Program-made: the position numbers and the translations under genes | The notes under the pieces: model-generated | What the model saw: the letters and a program-made list of their open reading frames with translations, nothing else | Databases searched by the model: none | Told to the model about the DNA's origin: nothing | Part shown: piece by piece, positions 49,845-58,988 of the stretch | Layout of the letters: each line of letters starts with the position of its first letter | Numbering within the stretch: the stretch's first letter is position 1 | Source of the DNA: Bacillus subtilis subsp. subtilis str. 168 | GTDB taxonomy: Bacteria > Bacillota > Bacilli > Bacillales > Bacillaceae | DNA: 64,000 nucleotides | NCBI RefSeq assembly: GCF_000009045.1 | Contig: NC_000964.3 | Span: 434,001-498,000 of the forward strand | Direction: 5' to 3'

Positions 49845-51956
49845 TTGAAACAAATAATGATTTTTCTCACAAGCTTCATGCTGCTGGCGATGACTGGACA
49901 AACGGCTCTTGCCAAAGACGTACAGGTCAGCGGTTCGCTCCTTGGGAAAAGCAGCCAAGAACAAGCCAAACAGCAGGTGCTGACAAGCGAGCTGATTACA
50001 CTGTATGGATCAAAAGACAGCGCAGAGCTGACGTATCAGATCCCGGCAGGCGCCTCTTCGGGCAATCAGCAATTGGTAATCGAATACGAGGCATCAAATC
50101 TTTTAATTTCTCCATCATCGTTAACGGTTGTCATTGATGATGAACCGGTCAAGACGTTAAAGCTTGATGGTGATTCCAAACGGAAAACAGTGAAGCTGAA
50201 TCTGAATAAAAGCCAGTCTGCGCAAGGCTATCACAACGTATCGCTGAAATTCTACGGCGTAATGAAAGAGGGCGTGTGCGTCAGACAGGATACATCAGGC
50301 AACTGGATCAAAATTTATCCGGACAGCCGGCTGACACTTGCTGACAGCAGTGAAGCGAAGGGAACGTCGCTGGACCATTATCCGTATCCTTTCGCCCAAT
50401 CTGGAAATACAGCGGAAGAAACAGCTATCGTCATTCCGGATAACCCAAGTTCAGCAGAAATAGAAGCTGCTGTTAAAACAGAAGGCTATTTGAAAACGGT
50501 GGACAGCAGTGTCAGTATTGCGTATGTCACGGAATCTGAACTGAAAAAAATCGATAAGCCGACGATTGTTATCGGCGTGGACAAGCATTGGAACGGCAAA
50601 GTGAAAAAACTGTTGAAACAAGCCGGGCTACAGGCAAAAGGAGAAAACCTTCTGCTTGCGGAGCGGGTGCTGAAAGCAGAGGGCAAACAGCAGCCGGTTC
50701 TGTTTGCGCAAGCGGCGTCCGAGGACGCGCTCACAAAAAAAATCAGCGTGATGACAGATCAGACATATACAGGCCAGCTCAGCGGCGATACACTTTCAAT
50801 CAGCAAGCTTCAGCAGACTGAAAAAAAAGAAAGCGATAAGCTGACCCTTGAGAATTTTGGAGCGGGTGATATCACAATTGGAGCCGACAAAACATCTTCA
50901 GCACATTATTTTTATCCGGCTTCGGCTGTTTTAGATGAAAACCAATCGGCGAAGCTGTCGCTTAAACTGAAAAAGTCTGAAACGATTCAAGCCTCAACGG
51001 CTGAAAACGAGTCAGCCTCTCAGGCTGCAGAACTGAAAGTGATGATCAACGGCCAGCCGCACTCGGTCCGGCTTGATGAATTAGGAAAAGAAGATAAAAA
51101 CGGATTCTATCATGTCACAGTGAAAGTGGACCCTAAGCTGCTGCAAAAAAACCGCTACATTGATATTCAGTTCGTCACGACCGGTTTAAAGGAAAACAAC
51201 CCTTGTAACACCACTGATGAAGAAAAGTGGGTTTTTATCGATAAAAACAGTACATTATCATACGCCATCAAAGGCATGTCCCCGTCAGCGGATTTTCAAG
51301 AGTGGCCGCTGCCTTACGCCGGAAACCAGGATCAAACAACGTTAATCGTGCTTCCTGACACCGTAAGCCAATCGAAGCTAGAGGAGCTTTCTCTCGTAAC
51401 AGAATCCTTTGGCAACGAAGCACAGCATTCATATACGGTAAAGAAATCATCTGACGTTACAGCAAATGATGCGAAAGGACGAAACCTCATTTTCATAGGA
51501 GGGATCAATCAATTTTCTCTTCTGAAGGAGAAATCATCAGATCTGCTTGTGCCGCAGGAAAAGAACGGCTCGTTTGATGTATCTAGTTTCGAGATGCTGA
51601 ATGAGACGACAAAACAAGTGGTATTTACCCAAGCATCGGTTTGGGATTCACGCTATACAATGGCTGTCTTTGCACCGTCAAAAGGAGATGGCACGGCTGT
51701 CACAAAAGAGATCATCAGTTATCTGAACAGCAACGATGAGTCGGCAACCGTCCTTAATGAAACAAACAGCCAGCAGGTGTTTACAAACCACCAGCAGCTC
51801 AAATCGGAAACAAACAGTTCCGATGCAGAACAACCAACACAGGATCATAGCCAGAAATGGATGTATATTGGTGTGCTGGCACTCATTATGGTGGTTGCGG
51901 CAGTGTTCATTTGGATTGCCGTAAGACGCAAAAAAAGAAAGACAGATACAGAATAA
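49845..51956 (+). CDS. ydaN: BcsB-like EPS synthase accessory subunit
   Basis: Signal peptide, large extracellular region, single C-terminal TM with basic tail; downstream of GT2. Confidence 0.82.
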   Translation: MKQIMIFLTSFMLLAMTGQTALAKDVQVSGSLLGKSSQEQAKQQVLTSELITLYGSKDSAELTYQIPAGASSGNQQLVIEYEASNLLISPSSLTVVIDDEPVKTLKLDGDSKRKTVKLNLNKSQSAQGYHNVSLKFYGVMKEGVCVRQDTSGNWIKIYPDSRLTLADSSEAKGTSLDHYPYPFAQSGNTAEETAIVIPDNPSSAEIEAAVKTEGYLKTVDSSVSIAYVTESELKKIDKPTIVIGVDKHWNGKVKKLLKQAGLQAKGENLLLAERVLKAEGKQQPVLFAQAASEDALTKKISVMTDQTYTGQLSGDTLSISKLQQTEKKESDKLTLENFGAGDITIGADKTSSAHYFYPASAVLDENQSAKLSLKLKKSETIQASTAENESASQAAELKVMINGQPHSVRLDELGKEDKNGFYHVTVKVDPKLLQKNRYIDIQFVTTGLKENNPCNTTDEEKWVFIDKNSTLSYAIKGMSPSADFQEWPLPYAGNQDQTTLIVLPDTVSQSKLEELSLVTESFGNEAQHSYTVKKSSDVTANDAKGRNLIFIGGINQFSLLKEKSSDLLVPQEKNGSFDVSSFEMLNETTKQVVFTQASVWDSRYTMAVFAPSKGDGTAVTKEIISYLNSNDESATVLNETNSQQVFTNHQQLKSETNSSDAEQPTQDHSQKWMYIGVLALIMVVAAVFIWIAVRRKKRKTDTE

Positions 51957-51987
51957 AACAGAGGCGATTTTAGCCTCTGTTTTTTTA
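51956..51987 (+). terminator. Intrinsic terminator of ydaJKLMN
   Basis: AAACAGAGGC-GATTTTA-GCCTCTGTTTTTTT. Confidence 0.88.
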
Positions 51988-52054
51988 TTTTTGGTAAGTA
52001 AATTCCATTTGTGGAACCTGTCATTTTATTTTTTTCTCTCAGCCAATAAGCCTC

Positions 52055-52083
52055 TTTACAACGTGCGGGAACGGGAGTATGAT
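52055..52083 (+). promoter_or_regulatory. SigA promoter of kimA leader
   Basis: TTTACA-N17-TATGAT. Confidence 0.75.
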
Positions 52084-52097
52084 CTCTTTTAGAAAAC

Positions 52098-52233
52098 AAA
52101 TCGCTTAATCTGAAATCAGAGCGGGGGACCCAATAGAACGGCTTTTTGCCGTTGGGGTGAATCCTTTTTAGGTAGGGCTAACTCTCATATGCCCGAATCC
52201 GTCAGCTAACCTCGTAAGCGTTCGTGAGAGGAG
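52098..52233 (+). ncRNA. c-di-AMP (ydaO/yuaA class) riboswitch aptamer
   Basis: Conserved CGCTTAATCTG...GCGGGGGACCCA...GGGGTGAATC...GTAGGGCTAACT...CCCGAATCCGTCAGCTAACCTCGTAAGCG; pseudoknot CTCTCA/TGAGAG. Confidence 0.95.
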
Positions 52234-52260
52234 ATGAATGAAACCTGTGTTCGATGTTAT

Positions 52261-52294
52261 GGCACAGGGGCATCCGTTTGCCTCTGTGTTTTTT
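52261..52294 (+). terminator. Riboswitch expression-platform terminator
   Basis: GGCACAGGGGCA-TCCGTT-TGCCTCTGTGTTTTTT. Confidence 0.88.
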
Positions 52295-52431
52295 GTTGTT
52301 CATTTTTGAATGCAAATCGCATACAGAGACATCATAGCAGAAAGGACTATCATCAACATGTGAGAGCAAGACACTGATGGATGTTTTATTGTTTTAATTG
52401 AAAAATGAGAAATTAAAAGGGGAAGACATCG

Positions 52432-54255
52432 ATGTATCATTCAATCAAACGTTTTTTGATTGGGAAACCACTAAAATCCCAAGCAGCTGGAGAGCAAAAA
52501 CTGACGAAATTAAAAGCCTTGGCTATGCTTTCCTCAGATGCGCTGTCATCTGTCGCATATGGGACAGAACAAATTCTAATCATTTTGGCAACAATCAGTG
52601 CAGCCGCATTTTGGTACTCCATTCCGATTGCGGTTGGCGTTCTCATCTTGCTGCTCGCACTGATTCTTTCATACAGGCAAATTATTTACGCTTATCCGCA
52701 GGGCGGCGGGGCGTATATCGTTTCTAAAGAAAATCTCGGTGAAAAACCGGGATTGATTGCGGGCGGTTCATTGCTTGTTGATTATATTTTAACAGTAGCG
52801 GTAAGTATTTCCGCAGGCACGGATGCCATCACGTCAGCCTTTCCTGCATTGCATGATTATCATGTGCCGATCGCTATTTTTCTCGTGTTAGTGATTATGA
52901 TTTTGAACCTGCGCGGGCTTTCGGAATCAGCATCCATACTTGCCTACCCGGTTTATCTGTTTGTGGTGGCGCTTTTGGTTCTCATTGCAGTCGGGTTGTT
53001 TAAACTTATGACAGGACAAATAGACCAGCCAGCCCATCATACATCGCTCGGCACACCTGTAGCCGGCATTACGCTATTTTTGCTGCTTAAGGCTTTTTCC
53101 TCCGGATGCTCAGCGTTGACCGGGGTTGAGGCCATTTCTAATGCGATTCCTGCATTCAAAAACCCGCCTGCGCGAAACGCGGCAAGAACGCTTGCGATGA
53201 TGGGGATTTTGCTGGCGATTCTGTTTTCCGGCATCACGGTTCTCGCGTACGGGTATGGTACGGCGCCGAAACCTGATGAAACAGTGGTTTCACAAATTGC
53301 GTCCGAAACCTTTGGGCGGAATGTGTTCTACTATGTCATCCAAGGTGTCACATCGCTTATTTTGGTTCTTGCGGCAAATACGGGATTCTCAGCCTTCCCG
53401 CAGCTTGCCTTCAACCTGGCGAGAGACCAGTATATGCCGCGAATGTTTACAGTCAGGGGCGACCGCTTAGGCTTCTCAAATGGGATTATCTTTTTAGGCT
53501 TTGCCTCCATTGTTCTCATTATCTTATTCGGGGGACAGACGGAGCACTTAATCCCGTTATATGCTGTGGGCGTATTTATTCCATTTACGCTTTCACAAAC
53601 CGGCATGTGCATGAAATGGATCAAGCAAAAACCAAAAGGCTGGATCGGAAAAATGCTGATCAACTCCTGCGGCGCTCTGATATCATTTATGGTTCTATCC
53701 ATTCTGTTTGTGACGAAGTTTAATGTCGTATGGCCTGTGTTAATCTTTATGCCTATCGTCGTTTTGCTGTTTTTTGCGATTAAAAATCACTATACTGCGG
53801 TTGGTGAACAGCTTCGCATCGTAGACAAAGAGCCGGAAGAAATCAAAGGCACCGTTGTGATTGTGCCTGTGGCCGGTGTCACCACCGTCGTGCAAAAATC
53901 GATTCACTATGCGAAATCACTGTCCGATCAGGTGATCGCCGTTCACGTGTCATTTGACAGAGAACAGGAAAAGAAATTCGAAAAACGTTGGGAAGAGCTT
54001 AATAACGGAGTGCGTCTCGTGACGCTTCACTCCTCTTACAGAAGCCTTGTCCATCCGTTTGATAAGTTTTTGGAAACAGTTGAGGCAAAAGCGAAGAAGG
54101 AGCAGTTTTCCGTTATGGTGCTGTTTCCGCAATTTATAACGAAAAAACGCTGGCACACCATCCTTCACAACCAATCGGCCTTCCTCCTCAGAGTCCGGCT
54201 GTTCTGGAAAAAGGACATAATGGTTGCCACACTGCCGTATCATTTTAAAAAGTAA
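52432..54255 (+). CDS. kimA: c-di-AMP-regulated K+/H+ symporter KimA (APC/KUP-like)
   Basis: [23 protein letters not shown]; downstream of c-di-AMP riboswitch; synonym ydaO. Confidence 0.95.
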   Translation: MYHSIKRFLIGKPLKSQAAGEQKLTKLKALAMLSSDALSSVAYGTEQILIILATISAAAFWYSIPIAVGVLILLLALILSYRQIIYAYPQGGGAYIVSKENLGEKPGLIAGGSLLVDYILTVAVSISAGTDAITSAFPALHDYHVPIAIFLVLVIMILNLRGLSESASILAYPVYLFVVALLVLIAVGLFKLMTGQIDQPAHHTSLGTPVAGITLFLLLKAFSSGCSALTGVEAISNAIPAFKNPPARNAARTLAMMGILLAILFSGITVLAYGYGTAPKPDETVVSQIASETFGRNVFYYVIQGVTSLILVLAANTGFSAFPQLAFNLARDQYMPRMFTVRGDRLGFSNGIIFLGFASIVLIILFGGQTEHLIPLYAVGVFIPFTLSQTGMCMKWIKQKPKGWIGKMLINSCGALISFMVLSILFVTKFNVVWPVLIFMPIVVLLFFAIKNHYTAVGEQLRIVDKEPEEIKGTVVIVPVAGVTTVVQKSIHYAKSLSDQVIAVHVSFDREQEKKFEKRWEELNNGVRLVTLHSSYRSLVHPFDKFLETVEAKAKKEQFSVMVLFPQFITKKRWHTILHNQSAFLLRVRLFWKKDIMVATLPYHFKK

Positions 54256-54261
54256 AGCTCT

Positions 54262-54291
54262 AGGACCAAGGGAATCACCTTGGTCCTTTTT
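54262..54291 (+). terminator. Intrinsic terminator after kimA
   Basis: AGGACCAAGG-GAATCA-CCTTGGTCCT-TTTT. Confidence 0.82.
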
Positions 54292-54313
54292 AGCGGGAAA
54301 AGGAGGTATGGGG

Positions 54314-54763
54314 GTGTATACACAAGGTGCTTTTGTGATCGTATTGAACGAAAGTCAGCAAATTCTGCTGGTGAAACGAAAAGATGTCCCTCTATGGGAT
54401 TTGCCGGGCGGCAGGGTTGATCCCGGGGAATCGGCTGAGGAAGCGGCAGTGCGGGAGATATTGGAAGAAACGGGATACAATGCAGCGCTTTCTGCGAAAA
54501 TAGGTGTTTACCAAAGGCCAAAGTTTCAAGATGAACAGCATCTGTTTTTCGGAAGCATTACAGGCGGACAAGCAATGGCTGACGGCACAGAGACAGCGGG
54601 ATTAAAGTGGGTTTCCCCGGGGCGTTTGCCGCTTTTTATGGTGCCGAATCGAAAAAGGCAGATCAATGATTTCAAGAACGGCGCTCAAGATGTAAATGTC
54701 ACCGTCAAGGATAGCGGGTTGCTCGCGGCGATCGACCTGTTGAAAAGAAGACTGGGCAAGTGA
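54314..54763 (+). CDS. mutT: Nudix hydrolase (MutT family)
   Basis: Nudix box [23 protein letters not shown]; GTG 54314 7 nt after AAAGGAGG. Confidence 0.88.
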   Translation: MYTQGAFVIVLNESQQILLVKRKDVPLWDLPGGRVDPGESAEEAAVREILEETGYNAALSAKIGVYQRPKFQDEQHLFFGSITGGQAMADGTETAGLKWVSPGRLPLFMVPNRKRQINDFKNGAQDVNVTVKDSGLLAAIDLLKRRLGK

Positions 54764-54776
54764 TTCAGGTCTCCGG

Positions 54777-54802
54777 GTTTTAAAGCCTTTCTCCTGTGGT
54801 AT
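54777..54802 (+). promoter_or_regulatory. SigB promoter of ydaP
   Basis: GTTTTA-N14-TGGTAT. Confidence 0.7.
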
Positions 54803-54829
54803 TGAAAAAAGGAAAAAGGAGGATACGTT

Positions 54830-56554
54830 ATGGCACACAAAACTGCAGGACAAGCAATGACAGAGCTGCTTGAGCAATGGGGAGTTGATCATGTATACGG
54901 CATCCCCGGAGACAGTATAAATGAGTTTATCGAAGAATTAAGACACGAAAGAAATCAACTGAAGTTCATTCAAACCCGCCACGAAGAGGTAGCGGCACTG
55001 GCAGCCGCGGCTGAAGCAAAACTCACCGGCAAGATCGGAGTCTGTCTGTCAATCGCAGGGCCGGGAGCGGTGCACTTATTAAATGGTTTATATGATGCTA
55101 AAGCCGACGGCGCCCCTGTGCTGGCGATTGCAGGACAGGTTTCTTCTGGCGAAGTCGGACGGGACTATTTCCAGGAGATTAAGCTGGAGCAAATGTTTGA
55201 GGACGTGGCCGTGTTCAACAGAGAGGTACATAGCGCGGAATCACTTCCGGATCTCTTAAATCAGGCGATCAGGACCGCCTACAGCAAAAAAGGCGTTGCG
55301 GTATTGAGCGTGTCAGATGATTTGTTTGCGGAGAAAATCAAACGGGAGCCCGTGTATACTTCACCGGTGTATATTGAAGGGAACCTAGAACCGAAAAAAG
55401 AACAGCTCGTCACCTGCGCCCAATATATTAATAACGCTAAGAAACCGATTATCCTGGCAGGGCAGGGAATGAAAAAGGCGAAACGGGAGCTCTTAGAATT
55501 TGCGGACAAAGCCGCCGCTCCGATCGTTGTTACACTCCCGGCAAAGGGTGTTGTTCCCGATAAGCACCCACATTTTCTCGGCAACCTCGGTCAGATCGGA
55601 ACAAAGCCGGCTTACGAGGCAATGGAGGAATGTGATTTATTAATCATGCTCGGAACGTCATTCCCGTACCGTGATTATTTGCCTGATGACACGCCGGCGA
55701 TACAGCTCGATTCAGACCCGGCAAAAATCGGAAAACGGTATCCGGTGACAGCGGGCCTTGTCTGTGATTCGGCTCTCGGTTTGCGCGAATTGACAGAGTA
55801 TATTGAACGCAAGGAAGACAGAAGATTCCTGAATGCCTGCACAGAACATATGCAGCATTGGTGGAACGAAATTGAAAAAGATGAGACAGAGGCAACAACA
55901 CCGCTTAAACCTCAGCAGGTCGTGGCCCGTCTTCAGGAAGCGGCAGCCGATGATGCGGTGCTCTCTGTAGATGTCGGCACTGTGACAGTCTGGATGGCGC
56001 GTCATTTCAAAATGAACGCGAATCAGGATTTCATCGTTTCCAGCTGGCTTGCGACAATGGGCTGCGGCCTGCCGGGAGCGATTGCAGCGAGCTTGTCCGA
56101 ACCGGAACGCCAGGCGATCGCCGTCTGCGGTGACGGGGGATTTTCCATGGTCATGCAGGACCTTCCGACCGCCGTTAAATATAAGCTCCCGATCACAGTC
56201 GTTATTTTAAACAACGAAAATCTCGGCATGATTGAGTACGAGCAGCAGGTCAAAGGCAATATCGACTATGTCACAAAACTTCAAAATGTCGACTATGCCG
56301 CATTTGCAGAAAGCTGCGGAGCAAAGGGCATCAAAGTGACCAAAGCGGAAGAGCTTGCGCCGGCTTTTCATGAGGCGCTGCACTCTGACCAACCGGTCGT
56401 AGTGGATGTCATGATTGGAAACGAACCGCCGCTTCCTGGCAAAATCACCTACGGGCAGGCGAAAGGCTTTAGCAAGTACATGCTGAAAAACTTCTTCGAA
56501 AACCAAAAATTTGAAATGCCGTCACTGAAGAAAAGTTTGAAACGGTTATTTTAA
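54830..56554 (+). CDS. ydaP: Pyruvate oxidase / pyruvate:quinone oxidoreductase (TPP-dependent)
   Basis: YGIPGDS, TRHEEVA, GDGGFSM...NN TPP motif. Confidence 0.93.
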   Translation: MAHKTAGQAMTELLEQWGVDHVYGIPGDSINEFIEELRHERNQLKFIQTRHEEVAALAAAAEAKLTGKIGVCLSIAGPGAVHLLNGLYDAKADGAPVLAIAGQVSSGEVGRDYFQEIKLEQMFEDVAVFNREVHSAESLPDLLNQAIRTAYSKKGVAVLSVSDDLFAEKIKREPVYTSPVYIEGNLEPKKEQLVTCAQYINNAKKPIILAGQGMKKAKRELLEFADKAAAPIVVTLPAKGVVPDKHPHFLGNLGQIGTKPAYEAMEECDLLIMLGTSFPYRDYLPDDTPAIQLDSDPAKIGKRYPVTAGLVCDSALGLRELTEYIERKEDRRFLNACTEHMQHWWNEIEKDETEATTPLKPQQVVARLQEAAADDAVLSVDVGTVTVWMARHFKMNANQDFIVSSWLATMGCGLPGAIAASLSEPERQAIAVCGDGGFSMVMQDLPTAVKYKLPITVVILNNENLGMIEYEQQVKGNIDYVTKLQNVDYAAFAESCGAKGIKVTKAEELAPAFHEALHSDQPVVVDVMIGNEPPLPGKITYGQAKGFSKYMLKNFFENQKFEMPSLKKSLKRLF

Positions 56555-56597
56555 AAAAACAGGGGCCCTAAGAGCCCTTGTTTTTTTTTTTTTTTTT
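56553..56597 (+). terminator. Intrinsic terminator of ydaP with extended U-tract
   Basis: AAAAAAACAGGGGC-CCTAAGA-GCCCTTG followed by T17. Confidence 0.88.
56581..56597. repeat. T17 homopolymer
   Basis: 17 consecutive T, longest run seen in the window. Confidence 0.95.
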
Positions 56598-56620
56598 GGA
56601 AACAAATGTATTTTCAGCAT

Positions 56621-56646
56621 GTTTGAATTCATAAAATGATCGGTAT
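56621..56646 (+). promoter_or_regulatory. SigB-like promoter pointing antisense into ydzK
   Basis: GTTTGA-N14-CGGTAT. Confidence 0.45.
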
Positions 56647-56686
56647 ATGTATTAGGAACTGATTTCGCCATACTCGAAACAGACAA

Positions 56687-56730
56687 AAGGACAAATGCAT
56701 CTTGTTTCAAAGGAAGATGCATTTGTCCTT
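56687..56730 (-). terminator. Perfect 17-bp hairpin, probable ydzK terminator
   Basis: AAGGACAAATGCATCTT-N10-AAGATGCATTTGTCCTT; minus-strand T-rich tail. Confidence 0.75.
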
Positions 56731-56776
56731 GCATGCTTATTCTTATCAAATCTTACAGAACTCTTCTCATAATAGG

Positions 56777-57046
56777 TTATTTTTCTTTTTTCTTCAGCCC
56801 GAAGAAGAAAGGAAAAGCAGAACCGACCAAGAAGGTGCCGAATAAAAACATGCCGCCGATAAACACGTGGAAATTTGTGTGTCCGGCCGTAAACGCCGTG
56901 ATTAGGGAAATGATACTGAGCACGATCATGGCAATGCCGGGCGCGACTCTCATTTTTCCCTTGGATTTATGGGCAGCAACAGAACATAAAATGCCGATAA
57001 CAATAGGAACAATCCACAAATAAAACAGAATAAATACTGACATCAT
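56777..57046 (-). CDS. ydzK: Small 3-TM membrane protein
   Basis: Three hydrophobic segments, basic C-terminus; ATG 57046/57043 after CGGAG. Confidence 0.72.
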   Translation of the reverse strand: MMSVFILFYLWIVPIVIGILCSVAAHKSKGKMRVAPGIAMIVLSIISLITAFTAGHTNFHVFIGGMFLFGTFLVGSAFPFFFGLKKKEK

Positions 57047-57114
57047 CAAAACTCCGATTTTTCTTCTATCATAACAAATTTCTGTCAAAAAGGGTATCAA
57101 TGAGCTTTTGCGGA

Positions 57115-57149
57115 AAAATAAAAACCGGCTTTAGAAGCCGGTTTTTTTA
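57115..57149. terminator. Bidirectional terminator at mntH 3' end
   Basis: AAAACCGGCTT-TAG-AAGCCGGTTTT with T/A tracts on both sides. Confidence 0.85.
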
Positions 57150-58424
57150 TCGAAACGTATCTACAATTAAAAACACATTCAAAGCAACGATCAATACAGC
57201 AATCAGCCAAGACACCACTGTGATCCATTTGGCGTTGATCAGAGATCCCATGATCCGTTTATTGCTTGTAAACATAATAAGCGGAATGAGGGCAAAGGCG
57301 ATCCCGAAGGACAGCACGACCTGGCTCAGTACGAGAGCGGTCGTCGGATTAACACCTGACGCGATGATCAAGATCGGCGGAATGATCGTGATAAAACGCC
57401 GTACATACAGCGGAATGCGGTAGTTGATAAATCCTTGCATAATCACGTCGCCTGAAAGTGTGCCGACAGACGAACTGGATAGACCGGCAACGAGCAGCCC
57501 GATCCCGAACAAAGCCGCAGACATAGGGCTGACAAGATGTCCGAATTGCTGAAATGCGACGTCGAGATCCTCAACAAACAGGCCGTTTTTGAAGAATAAT
57601 GCGGCAGCCACAATCAGCATACTTGCATTAATAGCCCCTGCAATCAGCATCGCTATTAAAATATCAATAAATTCAAACCTAAAGATTTTTTTCCGTTCTG
57701 CATCAGTTTTGCCAACCACCCGCCGCTGTGTAAGGGCAGAGTGTAAATAAATGGCGTGCGGCATAACAGTTGCGCCAAGAATACCCGCTGCAAGAAGCAC
57801 ACTGTCGGTGCCATGAAACGCCGGGACAAAAAGGCCCTTCATCACTGACACGGCATCAGGCTTTGCGAAAAAGGTCTGCAACGCAAAGGCGATCACGACC
57901 ACAAACAGCATACCGGCAATACCTGCTTCAAGTGAGCGATAACCACGGCGCTGAAGCTCCAATATCGCGAAAGAACCGATCGCCGCAATAATAGACGCTT
58001 CAAGCATCGGAATGCCGAACAGCAAATACAGTCCCAGAGCCGCTCCGATAAATTCCGCCAGATCAGTTGCGATAATGACCAACTCGCCCTGAATCCATAA
58101 TCCGATCGAGACAGGCTTCGGGAATTCTTCACGGGCAACCTCAGGCAGATTTTTGCCTGTCGCAATACCGAGTTTGGCGGATAGGGATTGAATTAAAAGC
58201 GCCATGATATTGGAAAATAAGATCACCCATAAGAGCATATATCCGTATTTAGAACCCGCCGAAATATTCGTTGCGAAGTTGCCGGGATCAATATAGGCAA
58301 TGGCTGCTATAAATGCAGGGCCGAGAAAAGGGAGCAGCCCTCTGAATCCTCTGATTTTCCCGTCAAGCGCATCTTGGACGGCTTTGGAACGGGGAGATTG
58401 TGCTGTGATGTCCTTGTTCATCAT
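57147..58424 (-). CDS. mntH: NRAMP Mn2+/H+ symporter
   Basis: AYIDPGN and ATVMPHAIYLHS motifs. Confidence 0.97.
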   Translation of the reverse strand: MMNKDITAQSPRSKAVQDALDGKIRGFRGLLPFLGPAFIAAIAYIDPGNFATNISAGSKYGYMLLWVILFSNIMALLIQSLSAKLGIATGKNLPEVAREEFPKPVSIGLWIQGELVIIATDLAEFIGAALGLYLLFGIPMLEASIIAAIGSFAILELQRRGYRSLEAGIAGMLFVVVIAFALQTFFAKPDAVSVMKGLFVPAFHGTDSVLLAAGILGATVMPHAIYLHSALTQRRVVGKTDAERKKIFRFEFIDILIAMLIAGAINASMLIVAAALFFKNGLFVEDLDVAFQQFGHLVSPMSAALFGIGLLVAGLSSSSVGTLSGDVIMQGFINYRIPLYVRRFITIIPPILIIASGVNPTTALVLSQVVLSFGIAFALIPLIMFTSNKRIMGSLINAKWITVVSWLIAVLIVALNVFLIVDTFR

Positions 58425-58465
58425 GTCTCACCTGAATTCTGTTTGTTTTTGCCGTACAACAAAGA

Positions 58466-58481
58466 GTTTCCTTAAGGCAAA
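58466..58481. promoter_or_regulatory. MntR operator
   Basis: TTTGCCTTAAGGAAAC on minus strand just downstream of the mntH -10. Confidence 0.8.
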
Positions 58482-58494
58482 TTATTTTATCTAC

Positions 58495-58523
58495 ATCATA
58501 TGACCATCCCGGTTTCTTGTCAA
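58495..58523 (-). promoter_or_regulatory. SigA promoter of mntH
   Basis: TTGACA-N17-TATGAT. Confidence 0.85.
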
Positions 58524-58604
58524 CCGAAAATGTTCAAAATACACTTCTGAATTTTTCCCTGTTATGTAACATGATATGTAGGGATTCGTGATAAGGTCCC
58601 ATAT

Positions 58605-58636
58605 AAAAAGACATCGTTTCATTTCGAAACGATGCC
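58605..58636 (-). terminator. Intrinsic terminator of ydaTS
   Basis: GACATCGTTTC/GAAACGATGCC stem with minus-strand CTTTTT tail. Confidence 0.7.
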
Positions 58637-58653
58637 TCCTGTATCTAATGAGT

Positions 58654-58911
58654 CTAGGCTTCCTTCCGCAGCCCGCGGAATATAAGGCCCAGCAAGAACA
58701 CGAAGATGGCTGCCCCGATGATGGCCGGGAAAATAGCAAAGCCGGCGAGGCTCGGTCCCCATGTGCCAAGAAGTCCGTGCCCAATCCAAGCGCCGATCAG
58801 CCCGGCAATCATAGAGCCGAAAATTCCTCCCGGCAGCCGGTTTCCTACAATGGCGCTCCCAATTAATCCGATAACAATTGCAACAACTAATGAAACCAAA
58901 AAGCTAAGCAT
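58654..58911 (-). CDS. ydaS: GlsB/YeaQ/YmgE transglycosylase-associated stress membrane protein
   Basis: Gly-rich TM repeats (IGLIGSAI, GLIGAWIG, AIIGAAIF); RBS GAGGTGA. Confidence 0.88.
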   Translation of the reverse strand: MLSFLVSLVVAIVIGLIGSAIVGNRLPGGIFGSMIAGLIGAWIGHGLLGTWGPSLAGFAIFPAIIGAAIFVFLLGLIFRGLRKEA

Positions 58912-58944
58912 CATGATCACCTCTCATAAATGATTTACCAATCA

Positions 58945-58970
58945 ATAACCGCTCCTGATCATTTCGAAAC
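58945..58970 (-). promoter_or_regulatory. SigB-like internal promoter of ydaS
   Basis: GTTTCG-N14-GGTTAT on minus strand. Confidence 0.55.
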
Positions 58971-58988
58971 ACTTGAAAGCATATTCCT

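Noticed and set aside
52234-52377. 47-aa Cys-rich ORF (MNETCVRCYGTGASVCLCVFCC...) in the kimA leader
   Set aside because: ATG abuts the SD-like sequence with zero spacing; Cys richness arises from TGT/GT-rich terminator sequence
52398-52727. 109-aa alternative-frame ORF overlapping the kimA start
   Set aside because: No RBS, no motif, nested in kimA
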